Part shown: in pieces, positions 12,943 through 23,524 of the stretch | How the letters are laid out: the number at the start of each line of letters is the position of its first letter | How positions within the stretch are numbered: the first letter of the stretch is position 1 | Source of the DNA: Bugula neritina | Taxonomy: Eukaryota > Animalia > Bryozoa | Length of the DNA: 64,000 bases | Assembly (NCBI GenBank): GCA_964035545.1 | Contig: OZ037765.1 | Coordinates: 17,050,995-17,114,994 of the forward strand | Direction: 5' to 3' | Notes under the pieces: model-generated | What the model saw: the letters and a program-made list of their open reading frames with translations, nothing else | What the model was told of the DNA's origin: nothing | Database searches by the model: none | Translations under genes and position numbers: made by a program

Positions 12943-15300
12943 CTACGTACGTCTACTCAAAGCTGTATTAATGTGGTGAAAGAGCGAGCAGCGTGGTTGT
13001 GAAACGTGACTATGACTTATTACCTCCGGCGTATGAATCTTATTTGAATTTCCGCCGAGGCAAAAGTTGATATTTTCGTGGTGCTCACAACTCCCACGCT
13101 CTGCTCTCTTTCCCTCACGGCGTCTTGTAGGACGTTTGACCGCGCCCTTAACGGAACGTGGTAAGTCCTTGCGATACGCGGGGCCTGGCTTAGGACACCG
13201 TTTCCGAGGTGTCGTCACTAACCAAGGCGGTTTACGCACCCGTGGACGGTCACGTCGCTTGGGTGGTGCCTCCAGCCAGTTTGTGACAAATGGAGCTTTC
13301 CTAGCATCCCCGTTCAGAGCCTGGGGAAGTGTTGTCTCCAGCCATGGTGGTTTACGCACCCGTGGACGGTCACGTCTCACAGGTGGTGCTTCCAGCCAAT
13401 TTGTGCCAAATGGAGCTTTCCCAGTAGCTCCGCACGGAGCCCCTCCCTTGGGGGGTTTTTGCACTTCCGGGTCGGTTCCTGACCTAGGAAGTGGCGGTTT
13501 GCACGCTAACGGCGGTGAGCGCACTTCCCTGAACGGGTGTGGCTTTTCCTGCCTCGCCACTGCTTTGGGTTGCATCCTAGGCGGTTTGTCGACCAGGTTA
13601 ACAGTCTCCGTCTGCCCGGGTCTTTCTGCACTTTGCCTTCGCCGCCCTACTTCGTCAGTAGGGGGGCCGTGCTTACTGACCCGGCAGACTCCGCACTGCC
13701 CAACTCTGCGTCGTACATCACGCTCCATGTGAGGCCAATACCACCAGAGTTGTAGTTCGGTGAACACCTGTTGGGCTCCCCCGTGAGCTTGTTGGTGTAC
13801 CTCTTCTATCAACTCTTGGCGGATGGCGGCAGGACAGAGGGTCCTCTCCTGGTCTGGCTGGTGGTGGTTATCGGCCAAAGATATAGTCAGTAGACCATCC
13901 GGCCCGATCCGCAGTGCATTCCAACGTCGGCAGTACAGCTGCCACTCAGCGCAGCCCTGCTTCCGTTGTCTGTCACTAGGTCGTCGCCCTTCCTGTTTCA
14001 TTCGATAGACGTCGGCTACCACCCCCGGAATAATTTCCTGGAGGTGTCCTGGCTCCTTGACGCCATCGGTTGAGACAGGTTCGGCGTGGGGGTCCTGTGC
14101 CACTTCTGGGGGCATGTCAGGGTCCCCAAGGTGAGGTGTAGCCTCGGTTTTGTGTAGTGACGTGGCCGTCTCTGGGCGCTGTTCGTCATCCACGCAACCG
14201 TCTGATGTTCTCCCACGGGTCTCCTGGCTGTGGAGTGAGGCAGTCCTTCGCCCGAAGGGCGGCTTCTCTAGAGGACTTTTCGTCGCGGTTTCCCGCGATG
14301 GCCTGCTGTCATCTTCTTGAACAGAAGGAGTACAGCTTGGTGGAGAGGTGGGTGGTAGGCTCACTGGTTCTGAGGGGGAGTGGAGGCATGGCACCGAGGT
14401 CTTTCCTTTCCGTGTCAGCTGGTTAGAGCTGCGGACAGGTGGGACTTTCGGGTGCGCGCTCTCTACAGCTCCTGGCTTGGAGGTACGGCCACCGTCTACC
14501 TTGCGGTGAACGGTGCCCCGGGAGTGGCCAGGCATAGTACAAGTACGTACTACCGGCTCTTCTCCCGTTAGGGGATGGCCAAACTTATCGACACAGACGA
14601 GCTCCCTGCCGCCCATAATCATCGCAGATTTACCAAAATCGATGCGACATCCGTGTCGTTGTAAGAATGGCATCCCCAGGATGGCGTCCTCCTGGAGTTG
14701 TCCAACTATGAACCTTTCCTGGATGGTCTGGTCACAGACGCTCCGAGGGAGTTCAATGATACCGTAGAAGGGGATGCACGACCCGTCTGCCAGGGTGCCA
14801 TGATCACCTTCGTACGGTTCCAACCTGCTTCGGATCTGAGCACTGAGTGTGTCGAAGAATCGACGACCCAGGAGGTTGGTGGTACAGCCCGTGTCCAACA
14901 GATATCTGGCAGGTTTGCCGGCTATCTGTCCTGGTAGAAACAGGCTGCTCTCGTGGGGATGTAGTGGTATCTTGGGTGACCTCATCTCCCTCGCCTTGGC
15001 GGAGGGGTTAGGTTCTTGACGACGACTCGGGACCAGCTGCCGAGGGGGTGGCGCCGCGCCTTGCGGCGTTTGGGCACCTTTCCTCGCAGACTCTGCGGTC
15101 CGTCGTTTGTCAAACCTGTTGCGGGGTGGCATTGAGAACACCGGCGGCGAGCGGCTTGTACAGCCTGCTTGCCGTCCTGGTGGCCGTTCCGCAAGGTCCC
15201 GGACGGGTGTCCGGCGTGGCGGACGCCACTGTGTCCTCCCTTGGGGTTTTAATGGCGGCCCGCCGGATGTGGGAGCATCCGCGGGCCGTCGTAGTTTAAC
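12943..15300 (-). CDS. pol: Internally deleted pol: retropepsin + integrase zinc-binding domain + IN C-terminal tail, probably translated as a Gag-Pol fusion
   Basis: YLLDTGCTTNLL and EDAILGMPFL (protease); VHQQAHGG...WWYWPHMERDVRRRVGQCGVC (integrase H2C2). No YxDD RT motif, no RNase H and no DDE core. The frame is -1 relative to gag and open without stops. Confidence 0.85.
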   Translation of the reverse strand, partial: VKLRRPADAPTSGGPPLKPQGRTQWRPPRRTPVRDLAERPPGRQAGCTSRSPPVFSMPPRNRFDKRRTAESARKGAQTPQGAAPPPRQLVPSRRQEPNPSAKAREMRSPKIPLHPHESSLFLPGQIAGKPARYLLDTGCTTNLLGRRFFDTLSAQIRSRLEPYEGDHGTLADGSCIPFYGIIELPRSVCDQTIQERFIVGQLQEDAILGMPFLQRHGCRIDFGKSAMIMGGRELVCVDKFGHPLTGEEPVVRTCTMPGHSRGTVHRKVDGGRTSKPGAVESAHPKVPPVRSSNQLTRKGKTSVPCLHSPSEPVSLPPTSPPSCTPSVQEDDSRPSRETATKSPLEKPPFGRRTASLHSQETRGRTSDGCVDDEQRPETATSLHKTEATPHLGDPDMPPEVAQDPHAEPVSTDGVKEPGHLQEIIPGVVADVYRMKQEGRRPSDRQRKQGCAEWQLYCRRWNALRIGPDGLLTISLADNHHQPDQERTLCPAAIRQELIEEVHQQAHGGAQQVFTELQLWWYWPHMERDVRRRVGQCGVCRVSKHGPPTDEVGRRRQSAERPGQTETVNLVDKPPRMQPKAVARQEKPHPFREVRSPPLACKPPLPRSGTDPEVQKPPKGGAPCGATGKAPFGTNWLEAPPVRRDRPRVRKPPWLETTLPQALNGDARKAPFVTNWLEAPPKRRDRPRVRKPPWLVTTPRKRCPKPGPAYRKDLPRSVKGAVKRPTRRREGKRAERGSCEHHENINFCLGGNSNKIHTPEVISHSHVSQPRCSLFHHINTALSRRT

Positions 15301-16178
15301 CCTGGTTGAAGTTGGGGACAGTGTTTCTGGAAGTGTCCTGGTCTTCCGCACCCCCAGCAGGAGGGGTGTCCCCTACTAGGCGACTGCACCGGTGGCCCGT
15401 CAAGCTCACTGGTGATGCCTAGCTGGCTTTCCAAGGCGGAGACCAGTTCGGCTAGCACGTCGGTCATTTGTGCGACCTGTGATGCCACCGTCATCTGCGT
15501 CACCTTGGCTACCGCTGGAGTTTCCGCGTGAGACGCGGTAGGAGCAGCGGAGGGCTCCATGTCCACCTGACGAGAAGTCACACGGCTCCGGTGCAGCTGG
15601 CTGGCCAGGAGGTAAGCCTCCCCTTCTGCCAGCGCACCTTCGACCGTGGTGACTCCCCTCGCCAAGAGTTGGTGATGGAGTCCCAAGTCGTTGATGGACT
15701 GCACGAAGGCATCATAGGTATACCTCTCACGGTTTACTGGCGGCAGATCGCGGAACGCAATTTGTGCCAGTCTCATGACCGTGGTAGCGTGCTCTTGCAG
15801 CGGCGTGTGAGGATCACGCGGTAGTCTTTGGAGACGGGCCCGCGCATCCACAGCGGAGATACCAAAACGGGCCCGCAGGGAAGCAAAGATGCCGTCAATG
15901 TCTGGTCCCACTCCGTACGGCTTGGCTTTGTCTGACAGCGCCATCCTGAGCTTGAGCAATGCTATTCTAGGTGGCCATTGTGCAACTTCCATTACATCTT
16001 GGAATTCCTGAACGAATTGCTCCACCGGCTCTTCACCTGAGAAGGTGGGTACCCTCAGCTGGTACTTCTCTTCGTAACATTCCCTATGTACTCGCACTTC
16101 TGGTTCTATAGGTATAGCAATGTTATCTTCCTCACCTTCATTCCTCCGAAGGGGTAGCTCTGTGCCTCTTTCTGTCAT
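15249..16178 (-). CDS. gag: Gag (capsid + CCHC zinc knuckle), 309 aa
   Basis: ATG 16 nt after the PBS; LRVPTFSGEEPVEQF capsid-type motif; CWGCGRPGHFQKHC knuckle. Confidence 0.92.
   Translation of the reverse strand: MTERGTELPLRRNEGEEDNIAIPIEPEVRVHRECYEEKYQLRVPTFSGEEPVEQFVQEFQDVMEVAQWPPRIALLKLRMALSDKAKPYGVGPDIDGIFASLRARFGISAVDARARLQRLPRDPHTPLQEHATTVMRLAQIAFRDLPPVNRERYTYDAFVQSINDLGLHHQLLARGVTTVEGALAEGEAYLLASQLHRSRVTSRQVDMEPSAAPTASHAETPAVAKVTQMTVASQVAQMTDVLAELVSALESQLGITSELDGPPVQSPSRGHPSCWGCGRPGHFQKHCPQLQPGLNYDGPRMLPHPAGRH
15256..15300 (-). promoter_or_regulatory. Putative -1 programmed ribosomal frameshift signal
   Basis: G_TTA_AAC in the gag frame (15300-15294), a 5-nt spacer, then the hairpin CGGCCCGC-GGATG-(CTCCCA)-CATCC-G-GCGGGCCG (15288-15256). 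Confidence 0.8.
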
Positions 16179-16193
16179 CTTGAAATACGCGAA

Positions 16194-16211
16194 ATCCCAC
16201 TGCTGCCACCA
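16194..16211 (-). promoter_or_regulatory. Primer-binding site complementary to the tRNA-Leu 3' end
   Basis: TGGTGGCAGCAGTGGGAT, 1 nt after the 5' LTR; 17/18 match to the complement of the recalled metazoan tRNA-Leu(AAG/TAG) 3' end ATCCCACCGCTGCCACCA. Confidence 0.85.
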
Positions 16212-16212
16212 C

Positions 16213-16555
16213 TGTTGTGAGTTTTAGCACAATTATCAAGCGTGGATTGCCTGCGTATTTAGTTTCAATTTAACTAGCAACTACTAACAGAGCTTGCGTA
16301 CGATAACCTTTATTTAATTCGATAAACATAATTATAACAGTATGTCAAAACCACAATACATCCATCAATTATAACACGTCTTACTACTACGAGCCCCTGC
16401 TCTCAACACACATGGTTTCTGCTAGCTAACCCGCGAACAGTCACTTGACCGGAACCTTGTCTTCCGGTCCTTCTGATTGGATAGTAAAACATAGTTATAA
16501 GTATTCCCAAACAGGAGGAGACAAATGCATTATTATGCTACGTAATCCCATTACA
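16213..16555 (-). repeat. 5' LTR (343 bp)
   Basis: Near-identical to 11266-11608 and followed on the minus strand by the PBS. Confidence 0.97.
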
Positions 16556-17375
16556 ATATTTGATCAGTATGATTATTACATCACTAACCACTATCAGTAT
16601 CACATTCACTATGACTATTAGTATCACTATCAGTAACTCTTAATTCATAACTGTAGGCCACAAGTGACTGTGAGTAACCCTAATTAGTAATTATTAATTA
16701 ATCACTAAATTTAAAATTAATCATTAGCAGTAGCACTAGCTATAATAATAGTAAAAGTAATATATTTATTATAAATTACAGTATTATAATTATTAAATTT
16801 AATACCAATTGAATAATTAAATATATTGTTTATTTTTAAAATTAATTGGTAAACACTAACACTAACAGACAACAGTCAAACTAAACTAACACTAAACTCT
16901 ATCAAAACTCACAATAAATATAAAATTTCAACCCTCATAGCATTATTTATTATAAATAAATTTATTACAAATCGTTTTAGCATTAGTTCTAGAGTAACTA
17001 TAAATAATAAGTAATAACTTATAAGTATCAATAAAACAACACTACCAGTACCACCTTAGGCTTAAATAATGTTTAATTTTATTGTTTGTAAATGGCGGCT
17101 TGCGTAGATTGTTACCTTTCACTACAGTCTCTATAATATTCCATCAAGCAATTACATTCTAACCTCACATTGTTTTAATTTTGTCTATTTTTGTCATTTT
17201 TAGGGTATTTAAATTAAATTACTCAGTTGCAACGTTTTTCGGTTTTTACTGTTTTATTATTAATTTAGTAGCAAAGTAGCAAAAGTACTATAGAACAAGG
17301 GATGAGAAGACAACTTTTTTTATAGGAGGTTGCAACTACATTTTTTGTTTCAATTCGGTATTTTCTGGTAACAAC

Positions 17376-20300
17376 ATGTCAACTCCAGCGAACAATAAAA
17401 AACTGATTTATGTTGGTAAGAGAATTAATTATACTTAGTTATAGTTATAGATGCTTGCTTTTAGAATGACAAAATATTTGAAAAGCGACGAAATTTTAAA
17501 ATGCCTGTGTATTTTTTATTCATGCGCAATACTAAATAGTCATAGTTTGCTAAAAGTAAAAACGATAACCATATCATTATCTGATATCCACTTCCAGTCC
17601 GGGGTCTCACTCTCAGTCAGTCTCAGATTGAGAGTGAGTCTAAGTTTTCAACTGATATTGATGGCTGATGCCCAGAGTCATTTTGTGTCTAACGTTGACT
17701 TTCAGTATAACTATGAGTATACTACTTTCAGTCTGAGTCTCAGAGTGAGAGTCACTGTGACTCACTGACGTTTGTCTCTTGGATCAGAATTGTTCTGTAA
17801 CTTATAAATATAAGTATTACTATTAGTACTAGTATTAGTAATAGTATTACTATTAGTATTAGTATAATAATAAGCAGCTCCTAGTTCGGGTGAATGAGTG
17901 CAGTAGTTTAGTAGTTTGAGGTTCTAAAGTTCGGAGTCGGGAGACCTAACTCCAAACTTGAAAACTCCAAACTACGGCACTCAAAGCTACATGAAAGTCT
18001 TTGAACAAATGTGTTGATTAAAATTTTTGAAAAGGATTCTAGTAGAGCAATACTTATCAGTTAACATTCGTTATTGCTGAAGCTACTGGTTATAATAGCT
18101 TGTTCTCTCACAGCAAAATAATATATGTTAGGCTGCTACTTCATCTTTTTCTTTATATTTTTTGAGAAGAAAAATGCGTGGATAAAACCTCTACTGATTG
18201 AATTGCAAGAATTATTACACTTTGTGATTTAACTATTATTTCAGCATAAATGGCATATGTTGGTTTACAAATAGTATTGTGTTAATAAAGTGTTGTGGCC
18301 CTAGGTGGTTTAGCTGAGGAGGTAGATGATAAGACGCTGCAAGCGGCATTCATACCCTTTGGTGATATTGTTGATATTAACATTCCACTAGACTATGAAT
18401 CAGGTGAGAAGTCTACTCTGTCACCATATCAAATTCACACATTTTTCAGACTTGTCAAGCTTTGATGAGTCAGTTATATATATTTGAATATTGTGGGATT
18501 ATTATATCCAAGCCTTAACTTTTACTGTGTTATAACGCAAACTCCACAAGTTTTCTAATGTGACATGTCACTCATTTATACTTGTTTTAACTTTGGTTTA
18601 TGAATTATTGAACATTTCACAGGTAGGCAATGTTACATATTATTATGCTTGTAATGTGAATTGTTTGTATCTGTTTTAAATTTGCACCATACCTGCAATG
18701 AGTGCTTGCTACAGTTATTGTACCGCATGCAATGTGGGTTCTTACTTCTTATATAGCTGGTAGGAGTTATTAATTTGTACAATACAGAGAAAATATAGTC
18801 TATGTTTTATTTGTTTTTAAAATGCTCTTGGAGTGTTTAAAGTAATATTTGTAAGTTCTAATTTGTAATTATTCACACATGTAGTTAATGACATACAGTG
18901 CTCCCTCTGTATTCCACTTAAGTCGTGCCATAGCAGAATACCAGATTCAGCTCATGGATCAGTTAAATTCGGCCATACACATACATAGTCACAAAAAAAG
19001 GGAGGGGGGGGGGTTCAAGCCCTTCTCGTGACCTATGAAATTTTGTGGGAACAGATCCGTGAGCTACAGAGGGAGCACTGTATGTTATAACTGTTGAGTG
19101 AGGCCTTGTTCTATACACTACCAGGCCAACGGCTGAAGGTGTGGGATGAGTTCTTAGTGAGGTTACTGAGAACTCACTCCTTGCCTTATATGATAAAATA
19201 AGAACTTTTAGCTGTGCCTGCATTCCACGAGCCACTACAGCTAAAATAACTTATTGTAACTAAGCATTTTTTTCCTAATGGTTGTGTTATTTGTATTTCT
19301 AATAGAATATTGAATCATTACTCTACCCAACCTTGTAATTTTCTTTGCATGTTAGTTTACACTGTGTGGTTATTGTATGTATTATACTCTTCAGATAAAC
19401 ACAGGGGATTCGCCTTCGTGGAGTTTGAGTTGCAGGAGGATGCTGCAGCTGCCATTGACAATATGGTGAGTGTGCTGATGGAGTCACCTCAGAATTTTTA
19501 GGGCTCATTCAATTATTTTTGATGTACAAATTTTTTCCAGCCGTTTGAATTCTTACTAATAGATTCAAAATCTACATAAAGAACCATAATTCAGCAGTCT
19601 ATTCATGGCTGTATAGGTTCATGATGCTACTGATGTGTTAGCCTTTGCTATTTTCATGAGAGACCCAACAGTAAAGGTTTTTTTGGGAGAGCTTAAAACA
19701 GTGCCATAGTTTAAGGGTTTTGGTTTGTCACCATTAGGAGTCACCTCACCTCACAGTGCGTGCCATGCTACACCAGCACTTTAACTGCAGCTGCTCCCAG
19801 TATTGACGCAATAGTTATTCAATGAATTGTAAGCAATGAAAGTGCTGTAACCAAAGCTGATTTATTCACAGATTTATTTTATTCACCCGTTCCGTTGCAA
19901 TGATGTGTATATTATGCTCTGGTGATTTCCTATTGGTTCAAAGGCATGGGTCAGCAACAGCTGGCATACTTTATTATTTCGTATCCTATTTCATGTCTTG
20001 GAGTTTCTTTATAGCACAAAATGTAATATATAACTAACCCTTGGGTCTCTCTTTAAACTAATATATTTTTATGATGAAATACCACATATATAAGCTTTTT
20101 AATTGTCATAATTTATTTAATTTAATTAAACACCATGTGTTTACAAGTTTTTTAAGAATTGATAAACAATTAAATATACATGTACTGGATAACATTGCTA
20201 TTCAATACTTTTTACATCTAGTTTATTAATAAACACTTGGGTCACTCTAACATTAGAATACTTTATTTCAATACTATTTCAGTTAATACTAATTATAGAT

Positions 20301-23300
20301 TCTTATGTATAAAAGCAATTTGCTTGTTCTCCGTATTACAATAATTACAATTGAAACATCTATACGTAAATTTAATAACTCAATTCTTATTTTAATTATA
20401 AAGGAGCCACAAACTTTCAATTGAATTGTTGAATGATTTTAATATCGTGTTTACTATGAATGTATACAACTGTATGTTCAAACACATAAAGTAAATAATG
20501 TTTCAGCTATTAAGTTCTTGTGGTAAAAATATACCAACTCCCAAAAAGGTGAATAATTTTATTTTCAGCACGAGTCTGAGTTGTTTGGGAGGACAATTCG
20601 AGTAAATCTGGCGAAACCAATGAAAGGAAAAGATGGACATGGCTCAAGGCCAGGTCAGTGCATCTAAACTACATACTTTTTCTGTTTTTTTGAGCATATT
20701 GTTGATCAAATTTAAATTCACCATTTTCTGGTTTTTTGTCTAATTTTAAAAATTATAACCATGAGATGGCTATGAGTTGCTCAAACTTCTTGTGACATTC
20801 ACAATTGTCAGCTCTGTAGTGTCCAGTTTTTAGAATGTAAAAGTGTTTACTCAAGTGGACACTCAATTTACGTTTGGCCAGAATTTGGTTCTAAGAATTG
20901 CAAGATTAGTGATGAAATGTTGTGACACCAGACACATATCCTAATCTTTGGGATATCCAGAAAATGAGTCTATTCAACTTCACCAACAATAACTATGAAT
21001 TCTTTACTAAATTTTGTGATGGTTTTAGTATGGGCAGAGGATAGCTGGTTGCAGAAGCATGCTGGGGCCACGCTCATCGAGGAACAGGAAAAGGCGGAGA
21101 CAGAGGGCAGTGAGAAAGCGTCCAATCAGACACAGGTTTCCACAAATCAAATTCAAACTTTTGTAAAATTGTTCTCCTTTGTTTATATCGACAGAACTTT
21201 ATATTAACTGGAATACATGTGTATGCTAGCAGTTGTATCTGATGGCAACCTACTCAGTGTAACTTGTGTGTGCACTAACAATACTGAAACTATATTTATT
21301 TGAATGTAGGAGACAACCCAAAGCGTCACTCAAGCGGCAGGCGTAAACTCCAAGGTATTTATGGACATTCAAATAGGTAACAGACAGGCTGGGAAAATTA
21401 TCATGGAACTAAGAAATGACGTGGTGCCACGAACTGCAGGCAAGTATTTTTTAGACTGTAAACTGGGTAAATATCATTCTAAGATTTCAGTGCTAATCTA
21501 AATGTGAATGCAGTGCTTAGTCGATATTGGGAATGGTTTCCTCAAATCACTGGAGCATTAAACTGTGTTTTATTCTAACTAGATTTTATATTTGGCTATA
21601 AATTATCTATAAGATGACTAAAAATAAAATACAAAATAATAAATGAATCTGTGTTGAATAGTACTTCAGATGTACTTCAAGTGTTTTAGTTGATGTGTTC
21701 AATTTTTGTTTGTAGAAAATTTTAGATGTCTTTGCACGCATGAAAAGGGCTTTGGCTTTAAAGGAAGCAGTTTTCACAGAATTATTCCACAATTTGTATC
21801 CTTTTAGCTATCATTGTCTTACTGATATCTACCTAAGTTATTTTCCTTTATGGAGGTCTCTACTATTCTACAAGTAGAGAATCACAATTATTTGTTAAAT
21901 TAAAATAAATATTAACCTTTAGTCTGGATGTCAAAACTAAAAACTGTCCAATCATAAATAAGTATCGAACACTGTCAATAGTTGATTAGTCAATACCCAT
22001 GCATGTGGCACAACTACGGAGGTGTAGAATGTTATAGCTATCACTTCAATCATGGTTGAAGATGTTATGTTTGACTATATAGCCATGACTGTTTAATCAT
22101 AACACCAACATGATTATATTATATTGATATATGATATGTAAGGACTTTCCATGACTGCAATGCAATTAGATGTGCCAAGGTGGAGATTTTACTAAACATA
22201 ATGGAACAGGCGGTAAATCTATTTATGGAAGGAAGTTTGATGATGAAAACTTTACACTCAAACACCTTACACCTGGTTCGTATATTGATGCCACAACAAT
22301 TAATTATCTTGACTAATGAATGCTGAAATCCTAGAACCTTGCTGTGTGAAATGTTTTATTCATTGTGTACATATTGTTTACTTAGGCACTCTTTCTATGG
22401 CTAATAGTGGACCTAACTCCAATGGGTCACAATTCTTCATCTGTACTGAGAAGACAGATTGGTGAGTGTTCTTATCACTAGCTGGTAGTTCTAATTCATG
22501 CCTCCTTTTTTAATACCAATGTGTTTCTTAATTCAGAATCAGTTCCATTAGTGTTACTTTTTAGGTGGTATATTTGAAATGTGGTTGAATGTTTTGTGTG
22601 TAAATTATCAATATGTAGTAAGTATATTTTAATATACAGCCTAGTTAGCAATGGCTGAAGTTGTACATATTGCTTATATGCAAGTTTAATTATTTTACAT
22701 GTACAACAATCGGGGTTTATTTTTGTGAATTTAATTCCATTGAAATTGTATTTTTATAGGTTGGATGGGAAACATGTGGTGTTTGGCAAAGTTATTTCTG
22801 GGATGGACGTTGTTAGAGCTATGGAGGTATGTTTGTTTCTCGTGAAGTAAATACAACATTTATATGTTGATAATAATGAATCAAGTTACTATAATATCAA
22901 CATAAAACATTTTGTTTACACATCTGCAATATGACGGTGACTGGAGCAATATGTGTCATCTGCAATAATCACATAGCCACTGCACCTACTCATATGACAA
23001 CTGCAACTTTCATATAGTGACCGAAAAACTCTTAAAAAACCTTCGAGGTTTGAATTGTAGTTCTCGTGAAGTTACACCTTTCTTACTCATGCAGTTGCTG
23101 GCCATCTATATAAATACTGTTGATATATTTGATCTTGTCGTCTGATGAAGGATTGTGTTAGGACATCTATTCAAACTATCATCATCATAGTTGTGAGGAA
23201 AACAATATCCGTAAATTTTCAAGTTGGTACATTTAATATTTTGCGCCTTAATATATGGATTGGTACAAGCTGAATATTTTCGTGGTTATCTGCAAAGAAA

Positions 23301-23524
23301 CAACTATTGGTCGAAATTTTGATATTTATGGTTTGAATTATAAATAATTTTTTAAAGATGATAAATTTAGAAGCACTTGGATTGCCACTCTGTAAGTGGA
23401 CATCTAAGTTTTACATTGTTATGTGATTTGGGTGCTATACAAATTGATGTTGTTGTAGGCAGTTGGGAATAAATCTGGAAAACCGAGTCAAAAGTGTGTT
23501 ATAGTCAACTGCGGAGAATGCTGA
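17376..23524 (+). CDS. PPIE: Peptidyl-prolyl isomerase E (Cyp33; RRM + cyclophilin), 11 exons
   Basis: Exons 17376-17415, 18305-18403, 19395-19465, 20569-20653, 21029-21135, 21310-21439, 21716-21795, 22170-22275, 22386-22461, 22760-22826, 23459-23524. They encode [51 protein letters not shown] and [10 protein letters not shown]. Confidence 0.97.
17871..17990. repeat. Degenerate copy of the palindromic repeat at 37117-37260
   Basis: Shares AAGTT(C/T)GGAGT(C/T)GG(G)AGAC(C/A)TAACTCCAAACTTGA and CTCAAAGCT with the 37.1-kb copy. Confidence 0.65.
18896..19080. mobile_element. MITE with CAGTG termini and TA TSD (Tc1/mariner-like), PPIE intron 2
   Basis: Perfect inverted repeat CAGTGCTCCCTCTGTA ... 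TACAGAGGGAGCACTG with TA on both sides, inside a palindromic ACATA/TATGT site. Confidence 0.8.
21440..21715 (+). other. GC-AG intron in PPIE
   Basis: Donor CAG|GCAAGT is required to join VVPRTA to ENFRCL in frame. Confidence 0.85.
21796..22169 (+). other. U12-type (minor spliceosome) GT-AG intron in PPIE
   Basis: 5' site GTATCCTTT; branch-like TTTCCATGAC at 22146-22155, about 15 nt from the AG; no polypyrimidine tract. Joins IIPQF to MCQGG. Confidence 0.85.

Larger units (their letters stand above)
11266..16555 (-). mobile_element. Ty3/Gypsy-type LTR retrotransposon, non-autonomous (no RT, RNase H or IN core), recently inserted, with a third ORF
   Basis: Two 343-bp TG...CA LTRs, ATAT TSD (11262-11265, 16556-16559), PBS, PPT, gag with CCHC knuckle, aspartic protease and integrase HHCC domain. 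The interior is much more GC-rich than the host DNA. Confidence 0.95.

Noticed and set aside
11868-15824. Many plus-strand and alternate-frame ORFs inside the LTR element (e.g. 13067-13732, 12340-12738, 15528-15824)
   Set aside because: They are antisense or shifted shadows of GC-rich gag/pol/ORF3 with no recognisable motifs.
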